A program made the position numbers and the translations under genes. A DNA stretch of 64,000 nucleotides from Podarcis bocagei (taxonomy: Eukaryota), in NCBI GenBank assembly GCA_964188305.1, contig OZ076892.1; one strand, 5' to 3'. Positions 36,797 to 48,042 of the stretch are shown one piece after another. Numbering within the stretch: position 1 is the first letter of the stretch; each line of letters opens with the position of its first letter. The notes beneath the pieces are model-generated. The model was given only the letters and a program-made list of their open reading frames with translations. It was not told the origin of the DNA and did no database searches.

Positions 36797-39700
36797 TAAA
36801 AGGGAAAGGAAGAATTAATTTGGGAATGCTGGGCAAACAGCTTTTTCTTGTTTATTTTTAAAATTTGTATGCTACACTACATCTGCAGATCTCAAGGTGA
36901 TTCACAGCACAAAAATACAAGTTAACACAATCTTTCAAAACAGACCAAAAGAAGGGTCTCTTTCCCCCTTCATGCCATTGGCTGGTGCCCACTTGAGTCC
37001 AAGATGCAAAGAACAAGGTTGTTGCTCCAGACAGTCCAGCGGAAAGCATGCATCACAGAAGATCCATACAGATAACGTTTTTATTTTTAAAAATTGCTGC
37101 TCCTTCTCTAAATATGCATTCCTATTTTTTCTCTGGTTAATGGCTCCATCTTGCAACTGGCATGTTGCTGAATGGAATGGGGAAAAATGCATAATGAAGA
37201 TGCTTCCTTCATAGCTGTTTATGTTCTTTCCCTCCAAAGAGTGATGAGGGGAAAAGCAGTCAAAGTTTGGGACTCTGCTGCAAAAGCAAGACATGCTGGA
37301 AAGAAGACTGCCCATGTGGCGAGTCTTTGCATCTCCAGTTTGTTTGGATTAGCCTAGACTAAACCAATATATTTACGAAACCAGCGTCAGCCTGTGGTTG
37401 GGCCACACAAAGAATAACAGCAGGCTTCATTTGGGCAAGGAGTAATTATTCATCAGTTCCCCAATCTCGTGCGACTCACTGTTGTGACTGTGTCCTATCT
37501 GTAACTCCAGCTTTATGGCTGTTTAGACTGCCTGTCAATCCGTCTTTCAACATGCAGCCCTGACTTGATGTAGACTCACAAGCAGAGTTGCTGGTGCTTT
37601 ACTCAAAAGACGTTAGTTGAATGACAGAGGAAGAAACTAGCTAGAGTTAATTGTTAGAAAAAGCCGGACGATGCCTCAACAATGTGTTTCAAAATAATCA
37701 ATTCAGGCGCCCTTGAACCACGAGATGGGATTGAGAACAAGAAGCAAGATATCTAACAGGGGTGGCAAATTTGACCTTGTAGTGTAGCACTGAGCAGTGT
37801 TTCTCATTGGTGTGATACAAGGGGTGGGTGGGGGGCATTTTCTTTTCTAGATTAAAAATAGAGGCACTCTTCTACTCCAAAGGATTAAAGTTTTGTTTCT
37901 GGATTAACTTTCTGAGTAATAGGCTAACTTTCTTCCTGCAAACTAGTTAATGGAGGTATAAAAATAAGGGCGGATAGATGTCCCCACCCCAAGAATACAC
38001 TGATTGCTTTGTGTGAAGGTGGAACCATACCTGGTGGCCCAAACACCAAGAAAGTCCACCCTGACTTTCTGATCACAAGGAACAACTCTGCATGTGTGGG
38101 GTCCTTTCTTATTAATGCTGAATGTGTGGCTGCTGTGGAGAGTGACACACAGAGGCATCAACATCCAGGGACATGTATACCACAGACTTGCCTGCCCCTG
38201 GCATTTTGCTTTTCCCTCCAGTCAGTTCAGGGTTCAGGGATGGGACCATCCCTTCTGGACAATAATAACACTTCTGCTGGAATTCTCTGGAGCTGTTGGC
38301 TGTAGCATGTGGCAGTGTTAGAAGTCCTGATGTGACTTAAATCGTTCCCTGGGGATGATGTCACTGCCAATATATTGGCTGAGAAAGGGGGACCAATGCT
38401 GCAAGTCCCTTCACTGGTGCAGAGCAGCAGATGCACCCAGGCTTATGCTTTGCTCCTCTAGTGATGCATTTGTATGGGAATCAGTACTGTGGAAGAAGGA
38501 TGGGCAGGCTTTAGGTCTACCTGGTTTCCGTATTCTTTCACTTGAGAAAAGTTTTCTGATAATGAAACATTTGAACAGAAGTTCTGTTGAGCATAGACAT
38601 GTACCCTTGCAACTGGGATTGCTGATATAAATTGCAGGAGCAAGAATTTGGCCCAGCACCATGGTTTGATGTCTGGTTAAAGCTGGGCCTGACAATGTGA
38701 ATTTTGGAGCTTTTAAGGCCTGGAGCTGCAAACAGAGTGTACTATTGAGCAAAATGACTTCTTTTTTTGGCCACGGTGGGCTACAGTGCACCCTTAAGCA
38801 GCTACATCACTGCAATGGCTAAGCTGGGCACTGGATAGGTGCTGATGGCCAGTGATGGCAACAAGCAGTTTCAGCCTTTATTACATCATCAATGTATATA
38901 AGGAACTAGACAGGACAATACTTTAAAGAGCAAGCTAGCATGGGAGTCTGCTCTGTGAGTAACAGGGAGACATCTCAGCCCAACAGACAAAGCATCATGG
39001 CAAGTTAAGCAGACATGAAAGTTTGGCAGCAGGATAAGGAGGCCAGGGCACACAACTGCACCTTTCCTTTCTTTGACCATAAACCACAAAAGCAACTATG
39101 CAGGGAAATGCAAGGACTGCTCATTGTGCTTTGCAAGCGCTGATGATTGGGGATTCCAAAGTGCTGTGCAAGGCTTCTGCAAGCTCCAACTGCAAGCGCC
39201 AGCTGATTGTTGACCCATCAAACTTTGCCATCAGGGGTTAAGGAAGATATAGATCTAGCCTAGCAGATGAATCCAGTTCCCCACTACTGGCGCACAGCCT
39301 GGCAAGCCGTACAATCATGGGGAACCCCATATAACTACATGTGCCAGTGTTGCAGGTGCAGTCTCCCTTCATTTGGTATAAGTGTGATTGCATCTTTTGT
39401 GGGGGTTCAGTTCCAAGGGTTGTGCATATGCACAAAACTGCGTATGCTCACACTCTTGGAACTGTCTCTGTGTGAGCATTTCATGGCTTCCAGAGCCAGC
39501 ACACAGAGAGGGTTTTTGCTTCTGTAGCAAGGCAGAGAGCTTAAAAGCTCTTACGCGTCACAAAAAGAGAGTTTATGCTCTCCATTCTGCTTGCATTTAT
39601 CTTGCAGTATTTCAGCCTTCAACCACATATAGTTAAAATCTTGCAGGTTAAATGTGCAAAAGATGCAATTGCACTGTATGTGTTTGTGTGCAGAGGATAT

Positions 39701-42208
39701 GACTGCAGAACAGCTCTATAGGTCTTTTTCTGTCTCATAAAAAAGTGAAGAAATGTTGATCCTGTGGGCCCCAGCTAAGATGGTTCTTCCTCTAAGTAGG
39801 AGACTTGATAATACTGAGCTTCTAAATAGAGCTTTGGGGTATTCAAAGTACTTCACATACATGATCTCATTAGTCTTGGAAGCATAATTATTAAAATAAA
39901 AACAAAAAATGCTGATTGATTATTGTTATTTTGGTTTGGTTTGTAGTCTCAGGTGTTGGAGAACTCTGGCATCTGCGCTGAGAATTTTAAGACAAGGTTG
40001 AAGAAAAAAAGGAAAGGGTGAAATGAAACTGCTTTAAATAATCACAGCATTAAATTTAAAGCCTTTGGGTGCTGTTATTAGATTATTATTTATTGCTTGT
40101 AACGTAGTCGTGCACAGGGGCCCTGACCAAGCCTGAGTTCATGTTACGTTCGGCACGGTATGTGCACATAGTTCTAGGCAGCGCTTAAGTTGAAGAGTTC
40201 AGAACTGAAATTGCTGGGCGATCACTTCTAATTTGTACAAAAAACGGCATTTCCCCCTCTCAAATTGCATATTGATTTATCGCCTTTAGCTTGAAACCTG
40301 TCTTATTTGGACACACTCTACAAAAGTAGGAGTAAATATTTCTGGGATACTTTTTATGCCAAGTACACCCTCTGGAGAGAGTTGGAGGGCCATGTCACAG
40401 AGTGCGAGATATTATCTTTCACCCGTTCCACTTAATGGGGAGGCAGATAGGTGGAGTTTAGAATTTATGAGACAAGAGGGTGATTCGAGCAATTTAGATG
40501 GTTGCTGACCCGGGCTCCTTTGGGAGGAAGAGAGAAATAACAAATTTAATATAATAATAATTTAATCATCATCATCATCATCGGGCTGAACGGATCTGAG
40601 TCGCAGTTGTGGAAAGGTCCCCTTTTTGGTAACCTGGATCAAAACTTAGGCCCATCTGTTCCAATATCCTGTTCTCACAGTGGTCAATCAGATGCCCCAA
40701 TGGGCAGCCCATAATAAGCATGGGTGGCAGGGAGCAGAGAAAGGGGAGAAATTCCATTCAGTTCACATTCAAAGGCAAACCTATCTAATTCACATTTTCC
40801 AAAACAAAACACGAACTGAAACACAGTTCATGTTCAGCATCAACACTTCTCTGAATTTGGTAATGTACATTTCCAGTCAAGAAATGCGTACAAAAATTCA
40901 GGGGTTAAGCATGCATGAAAATGCATACGCTGGGGGGAAAGAAGAAAAAATCATTATATTAGGGAGGAATGACTTGTAGAAATGTGCGTATTTGTCAAAA
41001 CTGCACACAAAAATGTGTTTCTTAGGCTAAAATGCTGATGAATTGTCATGATTTTTTAAAAAAAATAGCATATCGCTGCAGAAATGTGGAGAACTACATT
41101 TATGATTGGAAAAATAAGTAACGGGGAGCTGAAATTGGCCATTTTGTCCATCCCTAGTGGATAAATGGGGATAGTGGGGGTGGGAGACAGAAGCCTGAGT
41201 GTCACTGTAGTTTATTGCTGTCCACATGAAGCCTACACGTGCCTTTCTATGAGTTGGTTAGATCCAAAATTCCTTGTTTGCACACACTGGGACTTTCTAT
41301 GTTCCATGTTTTCCCCCAAAGAGCAGCTTGACAAAACAAAACCTGGACATACCCGTAGGGATTACTGAAGGGTGTTAGCTGTGTGAACGGATCCTGAGTA
41401 GTGTTACAACTTACTGCTTTCGCATGTTCTAAGACTGCAGTGAGGGAAAGTACTTGCACATAAACTTGGGGCTATTCATCTTGTAAAAAGAAAAATGAAG
41501 CTCTAAAGTAAGACAAATGCTGAGTATGTGATTGTTATGCAAATTAATAAGCATACAGTAAACACTCAGCTTGCTATCCCCAAATTTGCTGAGTGCTTCT
41601 GATCTAGGTGAGAGGTGCACAACTCAGTTCAGAGGGCTGCTTTTATGTTTTATGGGAGGGTTGCATTGTGGGGTTAACTGCCAAATACAACCTGCCCATT
41701 CACTCTCCCCATTTGTTTCTATATCCAACAGATCTCTTTCTTTATGCCACTCTGTACGTATGTGAACCCACCTTTTCATCTACAGCTCTGTTTCTCAGCT
41801 ATCCCTTCTTATTCTGTATACACTTCAGAATCCCTTCTTCTCTGCAAACTTTGCAGCTCCCTGCACCTCATTCTCTGTTAACCCTTGTTTCTAAATCCCA
41901 CAAATCTTGGTCTCCTCCCACCTCTCAGATTCCCCACTGCTCTCTGCACTCCGTAACATGCCCTCTTCAGTCTGCAATAGAGTCGGCGTTAGGGCAGTGC
42001 AACCAGTTCTGCTGCACTGGGCACTGAGCCCAGGGACACCGCAGGGGGTCACAACTATAACATAGTGAATGGAGCAGAATGGAAGGTGAGAGGCAAGGGG
42101 CAGATTTTTGCCTCGCGCAGGCAAAAGTGGACTGTGCTCTACGAAAACAAATGCCATGCAATAAGCATTTAAGGTGTCACAAGACGCTTTGTTATGATCA
42201 GTATAGAT

Positions 42209-42344
42209 CAGGCATCCTCGGCCTCGGCCCTCCAGGTGTTTTTGGCCTACAACTCCCATGATCCCTAGCTAGCAGGACCAGTGGTCAGGGATGATGGGAA
42301 TTGTAGTCTCAAAACATCTGGAGGGCCGAGGTTGAGGAGGCCTG
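42209..42344. mobile_element. 136-bp palindromic hAT MITE (related to 58065-58200, opposite orientation)
   Basis: CAGGC...GCCTG termini, shared CTACAACTCCCAT core, 8-bp TSD GTATAGAT/GCATAGAT. Confidence 0.9.
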
Positions 42345-44479
42345 GCATAGATTATGGTGCTTTTAGGAAGGTGTAGGATCTCACAGGAGGGAATGGTCCA
42401 AGGATAGAGAAGGTCTGCAGAACGGCATGGAAACATCTTCGTAGCCAAGAGGGAGAAGCAAGTGCATGGGCCTTGCCCCTTCCACAGCCTACCTGCTCAC
42501 AGTGCTTTTGTTTTGTTCTCAGTGTTTAAGCACATTTCTGTAGACACATGAGGATACATGGGGTGAGGATCTCAGGACTGGACTGGTGGCCAGATGTGGC
42601 CATCTATACATCTCTGTCTGGCCCTTGAGACTCTTCCCAGGACACATCCCTCACTAGCCCTGCTCTGCCCTCCCCTTGCCCTCTTGCCTGGCTGGCAAGT
42701 GTCCTTGCACTTTGATAATGCAGCATACTTCCCTCAGTTGGAGAGGTATGAGGTTGTGAGAGGGTAGAAACCACTGAATTTGTGTGGCTGAATGTATGGC
42801 TGTATGGACTACTGAGCAAAGGTAAAGAGTCACATCCATTGCTCCACCTACTTCTGGCTGCACCTACCTACTCTGGGCATGTGGGCCCCAGAAGTTCGCC
42901 CATGAGGGAATGTGGCTCTCAGGCTGAACCATTTCCCTACTTTTGGAGTGTACACTAGGTTATAGAAAACTAGCAGACTTCTTTCAGCTCATCTTTAAGT
43001 TGGTCTCCTCTGACCTACATACATGTTGTATACACTGGATGCTTCTCTTTGTTACTTCCCTAAACCAAGTTGCTCCCCCCCCCCCCCGTCCCCATGTCAC
43101 AAGATTGCATTAAAATTAGCTTTCAGCATCCGTTCTCTCCCCAACACCAACACCACTGGCACATTTTCTGTTTGGCTTTATCCTGCAGCCCGATTGCCAA
43201 GGTTGCTGTTGCAGGTGCAAGTGCTAGAAAATGAATCTGATAGCTTATTTCTGAGCTTTGTGTTTCTCTTCCTAGTGGCTCAAGGCTTTAGAAGGAATCA
43301 CTGAAAATTGTGACACTTTGAACATAATGGCGAGAGTCAGCTGGCGACCACAAGAGAGGCCCCTCTTTGCTGACAGCCTGCAGCTCTGGTTTCAGCAAGG
43401 TTCCATCCAAAATGACTGGAGCTTGAACTTGGTAAAATAATCTGTCTAGATTCCATGCTGGACAAGGAAAAGGAGGAGGGAAAACTGTACGGGGTCTGGG
43501 AAGGGATAAGAAAGGGACATTCCCCCCCCCCCATGTTTCATACCGTCAGGCTGAACTTGGATGGCACAACAAGAACATCTGCCTCCCCCTGCAGTCTAGC
43601 TGAACTGTATCTTGCAAACAATTATTAAATGGAGCCTGGCTTTCCCTTGGTTTTGACACACACCCTCTTCCACCACTGCCACAAGCACTCTTAGATATGT
43701 GAGCCCAAAGGAAATGATAGTGATGGAAGTGGTTTGACTTCACCCCCGGAGGCACACTCCATTGTCTCTTGAAACAGACGGGTAATAACAACAACAATTC
43801 GTGTTTACACACTCTTTAGCCTAGTATGTGCATTTTTCTACTCATTACTTGCCTGGAGAATTGCTTTGCAAAATTCAGAGAAGTGCGAATTTTGAAGATG
43901 CCTATATTTCAGTTCATGTGTTGCTTTGGAAAGTGTGGATGTGGTAGGTTTGTCTTTCAATGAGAACTGAATAAAACTTTTCCACTATTCCTGTTTGGCC
44001 CTTAGACCTGTTTGGCCCTGGGGCAGCACATTTCAAGGGATACCTATCATCATACTAGTTACAGGTTCAATCCTAGCATCTCCAGGCAGGACTGAGAAAA
44101 ACTCTGATCAGAAAACCTTGAGAGCTGGTGCCAGTTACTGTAAAAAATAATGATCTAGATGGGCCAATCATCTGACCTGGAATAGTGCAGCTTCCTGTGT
44201 TGTGGTGTTCCTAGCACAAGATCTGAGCCTTTAGTTCTGCTTCCATCATGCTGTTCTTCTGCCCCCCCCCACCTCCCCAAATTTTACATGAACACTAAAT
44301 TTGTCTAACAGTCACACCCAGGGAATTATGATCGCATGAAAGAGAGACTGGAGGTTCAAAATCATGAAACTGCTAGATTCTTTGAAGGAAGCCATAACGA
44401 TTCAGCTGCTATAGTTCAGGTCATGTTGTTTTTCAATATGCATGTTGGGCAAGTGGGGTGGGGGGAGTTAAGAAAAGCT

Positions 44480-45200
44480 GCTATCGGGGGAAAGGTGTCT
44501 ATTTTTGTTATGCAAAGCCAGCGGCCAAACCATCCACAAAAGCTTGTAATTCTTCTTCCGCTTATGCAGTGGTTTGGCCCCATGGTTTGTCGGAGATAGG
44601 AGGTGGTGAGGATGGCGAGCTCGATGCTGCTTGTGTTCCTTGGCTCTTGGAGTGCCGAGTAAAAAGCAAATAAAAGCAAAACAGCAAACCAAGGCACCGA
44701 CGGCGGGGAGTGAACGGCTGGAATTTCTTTAAAATTAGCTGAGTGTAACGTGGAAGGCTGATTTTTAATTAATAGTTTTCCTCCTGGCTCTGAGCTCCGA
44801 GGGAGGACTGTCTCCTTTCTGCATTGCACAAGGAGACGAGATACGGGGAAGAACAAGGTTTTGTAACCCTGCAAGTTACTTTAGGTTGTCTTTGTTTGCC
44901 TGGAATAACACCTTCAAAAAGGAACAAAATATCTTGACTAGCAATGTGTTTTTCTCTCTCTTCGGGGAGCTTGCAGTTTCTGGCCTTGCCAGCTGAACTT
45001 GGAATCTGTACCGGTTTGGCACGATTTAAAAGACGTGTGGCGGGGGCAGAAAAGAACCCTCTTGTAAGCTGGCGACCAGTTAGCTCAATACAAAATGCAG
45101 CATTGATTTCTTTGTCCTTTCTAGGGTTCATTGGCCAATGTGCTGAGCCTGCTGGTAGCCAGCCGTTTTCCAGTGCTTTGGTGTGGTTTCTGCTCAAGGT
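44480..45200. promoter_or_regulatory. Candidate hypomethylated enhancer or conserved non-coding element
   Basis: No recognisable repeat; about 20 CpGs in 600 bp by manual count against a strongly depleted background. Forkhead-like GCAAATA/GCAAAACA cluster at ~44666-44690 and TTAATTAA at ~44765. Confidence 0.4.
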
Positions 45201-46127
45201 CTAGCCATCCCAGGAATAGGCAACAGCAGAGGGTGGAAGAGGCAGGGGAGCAGGCAGGAGTGAAAAGTCTCATATATATCCTGTTACTGCTCAGGATCAC
45301 GGCTGAGCTCTTTGCCACTCCACGGATCCCCCCTAATCATTTTGGGCTAAAGAGAAATAGAAATGCGAAACATTTTACCGTTCACCTTTGAGTGGATGAA
45401 GCTGAGGCCAGCAATGTTCAAAAGAAATTACTTCTGTGTCATTGCACATCATGCACAACACCTTGTCTAAACTTTATGTGTGGGACTCTAGAGTGGGGAA
45501 CCTCAGGCCCAGGAGTACACTGGAGCTCTCCAGGCCTCTTCTCCTGACCCTAGAGACACTCCTCAGTATATGATATGCCTGTCCCCCAGGCTATGTCTCC
45601 TCAAGCTACTGGCAAGCAACCCCATTCCTAAGGTTGCCCATGAGGGAAAATGGCCCTTAGCCAAAAAAAGGGTTGTCATCCCTGGTGCAAAGTCTGCATG
45701 CTAGGAATCCTTAGTCCATGGAGGTTAGTGCAGCTCAGTTAATATGAGCTCACCCAGGTCTCATTGTGCTTTCCCCTATTGGCAAGGATTTGTCCCTGAT
45801 TGTCAAAAGTGTTTGGACTTTGTGTTTTGTTTGGTGAGGGTTTTAAGACAATACAGTAGCTGGTTTTTGTCTGTGTGCCGTGCCATTGAATTTTATTTAA
45901 GATATTTACATTGAGCATACAAGGGTATCATCTTGTCATTCAATCATAGAACTGTAGAGTGGGAAGGGACACCAGGGGTCATCTGGTCAAAGCTAACTTC
46001 AGTCGAGGCCTTTTCAAAACTAGCAGTGAAATCCTATGCAAGTATGTTCAGAAGTAAGCCCCTTTGAGTTCAACAGAACCAACTCCAAATAGCTCTTTCA
46101 GTTTAAGTTCTATAAATAGTTAATCAA

Positions 46128-46458
46128 GGGCTTATCCACACTTCCGTTTCCTCCGCTCTTTCCAGACGTGGTCCATGGTTTCCAGCTCCATGTCTGAGTG
46201 CCCCCCCCCCACTTTTTTTTGTCCCAGAGCTTTCCCTGCAGAAACCCACTCTTTAAAGCTCAATCAGAGCAAACATCAATCTGTGGAAAACCTGAATTTA
46301 CATCTGCTCTGATTCAGCTTTAAAGAGCAGGTTTTCGTGGAGAAAGGTTGGGGCAAAACAACAGCCGCAACAACAACAACCCATGTTCAGACACAGAGCA
46401 TTAAAGTGTGGAACTCTACCAGGAAAGAGTAGGGCAAAAGATAAGCGTGGATAAGTCC
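46128..46458. mobile_element. PIF/Harbinger-like palindromic MITE
   Basis: TIRs GGGCTTATCCACACTT / AAGCGTGGATAAGTCC. 3-bp flanks CAA/TAA. Internal inverted repeat CTCTTTAAAGCTCAATCAGAGCA / TGCTCTGATTCAGCTTTAAAGAG. Confidence 0.7.
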
Positions 46459-46793
46459 TAAATACATATGAAGCTGTATTATACCAATCCTTGCTCAGTG
46501 TTGTCTACACTGGCTGGCAGAAGCTTTACATGGTTTCAGATGACTGACGTCCCCAGCTCTACCTGGAGATGCCAGGGGTTGAACCCAAGACCTTCTGAAT
46601 GAAATGTTGATGCTCTACTATTGAGCTACAGTCCTTGCCCTTTTGTCTAGGTTGTGTTATTCAGAATACTCTGAAACTTTTACTTTTATGAGCTTTTTCA
46701 TGGCATCTGGGGCATTTGCTTGTTATATTCCAGCAGTGTAAAAATAACAGGCTTCAGGGGCCATAAACCAACTGGAAATCAGACAGGTTTGGA

Positions 46794-47450
46794 CTATTGC
46801 ACTTCCTTGAACAAAAATGGAACAATACGAAAGCAATGTATTGTGTCTCCTTGAATTTTTAAAGTACATTTTCTGCAGTCTTCATTCAAAAGCATCTTGG
46901 TCTGCTGCGCACTTCTCTCCCCATCCCAAGTTCCCCTTTGACTGTATTCGTCCTCCACTTTGTTCCTTATAGAAACTGGAATATTGGACTCCAAATATGC
47001 TTAAAAAATAATTAGAAGTCAAATCTGTCTGGGGAAAGAGATACAGGAATAGGAAATGTGTGAGGAGGGAATGAAGTTTGAACTTTGCAATGTGCAAATA
47101 TGCTTCATTCTTTGTTCTTTTTTTAAGTGAGCAAATATAACTATTCTGGAAGAGTCTGGGTTGAAAGGAAAATAAGGTAAGATCCGTAATGGGGTCCTTA
47201 TGGTGCAGCAATATCTAGCCCATAAGAAAAAGATGGCAAAACTGTTTGCCATCGAGAACAAGCTCTAGGGTTTTTAAAAGGCCATTAAAAAGATATCAAA
47301 AGTTGGAAAAGAGTAATAGGTTTTCAAAAGTACTGGTACTTCAAAAAACCAAAAACAGAATGTGAAAATTCTGCAGTTACAATGGAAGGGGAAGGGGAAG
47401 AGAAGTTGGAGATGTCCAAAATGATATTGCTTATAAGAAGCACAACCAAT
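46794..47450 (-). pseudogene. Decayed L1/Tx1-type ORF2 C-terminal fragment
   Basis: ORF 46794-46994 (-) ends CRKCTLKIQGDTIHCFRIVP, resembling the CxxC-x8-H-x4-C knuckle of L1 ORF2 with the last Cys lost. The upstream extent is approximate. Confidence 0.5.
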
Positions 47451-47783
47451 TTATTAATCGTTTAGCAGTCCTAATAATTTTTACAGGGATGCATGCAGCT
47501 ATGGCTGTTCCAAAGCAGTGGGGTGTTGTTCTGCATTATTAGTTCTTGTTGTGGATCTGGTGCAGTTTTATCTAAAGTCATAAATCCTCTGGGAGTGTCA
47601 AAGGAGAGCAGTTGTAAGTGACTGACTGATTAATTGATTGGTTATTAAATTTTTATACCGTTTAATATATTTAAAATATATCTAAGCGGTGTACAAAAAA
47701 ATGAAGCAACAACAGACAACTTAAACAGAATATTACAAAAAAAGTACAGCTACTTATATTAAAGGTTACACTGATATAAAGTA

Positions 47784-48042
47784 CCGTATTTTTTGCTCTA
47801 TAATACTCACTTTGTCCCTCCTAAAAAGTAAGGGGAAATGTGTGTGCGTCTTATGGAGCGAATGCAGGCTGCGCAGCTATCCCAGAAGCCAGAACAGCAA
47901 GAGGGATCGCTGCTTTCACTGCGCAGTGATCCTTCTTGCTGTTCTGGCTTCTGAGATTCAGAATATTTTTTTCCTTGTTTTCCTCCTCCAAAAACTAGGT
48001 GCGTCTTGTGGTCTGGGGCGTCTTACAGAGCGAAAAATATGG
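47784..48042. mobile_element. 259-bp MITE of the same Tc1/mariner-superfamily group, with an internal hairpin
   Basis: TA flanks. Ends CCGTATTTTTTGCTCTATAA ... TTACAGAGCGAAAAATATGG. The first and last ~80 bp match the ends of 7544-8551. Confidence 0.85.
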
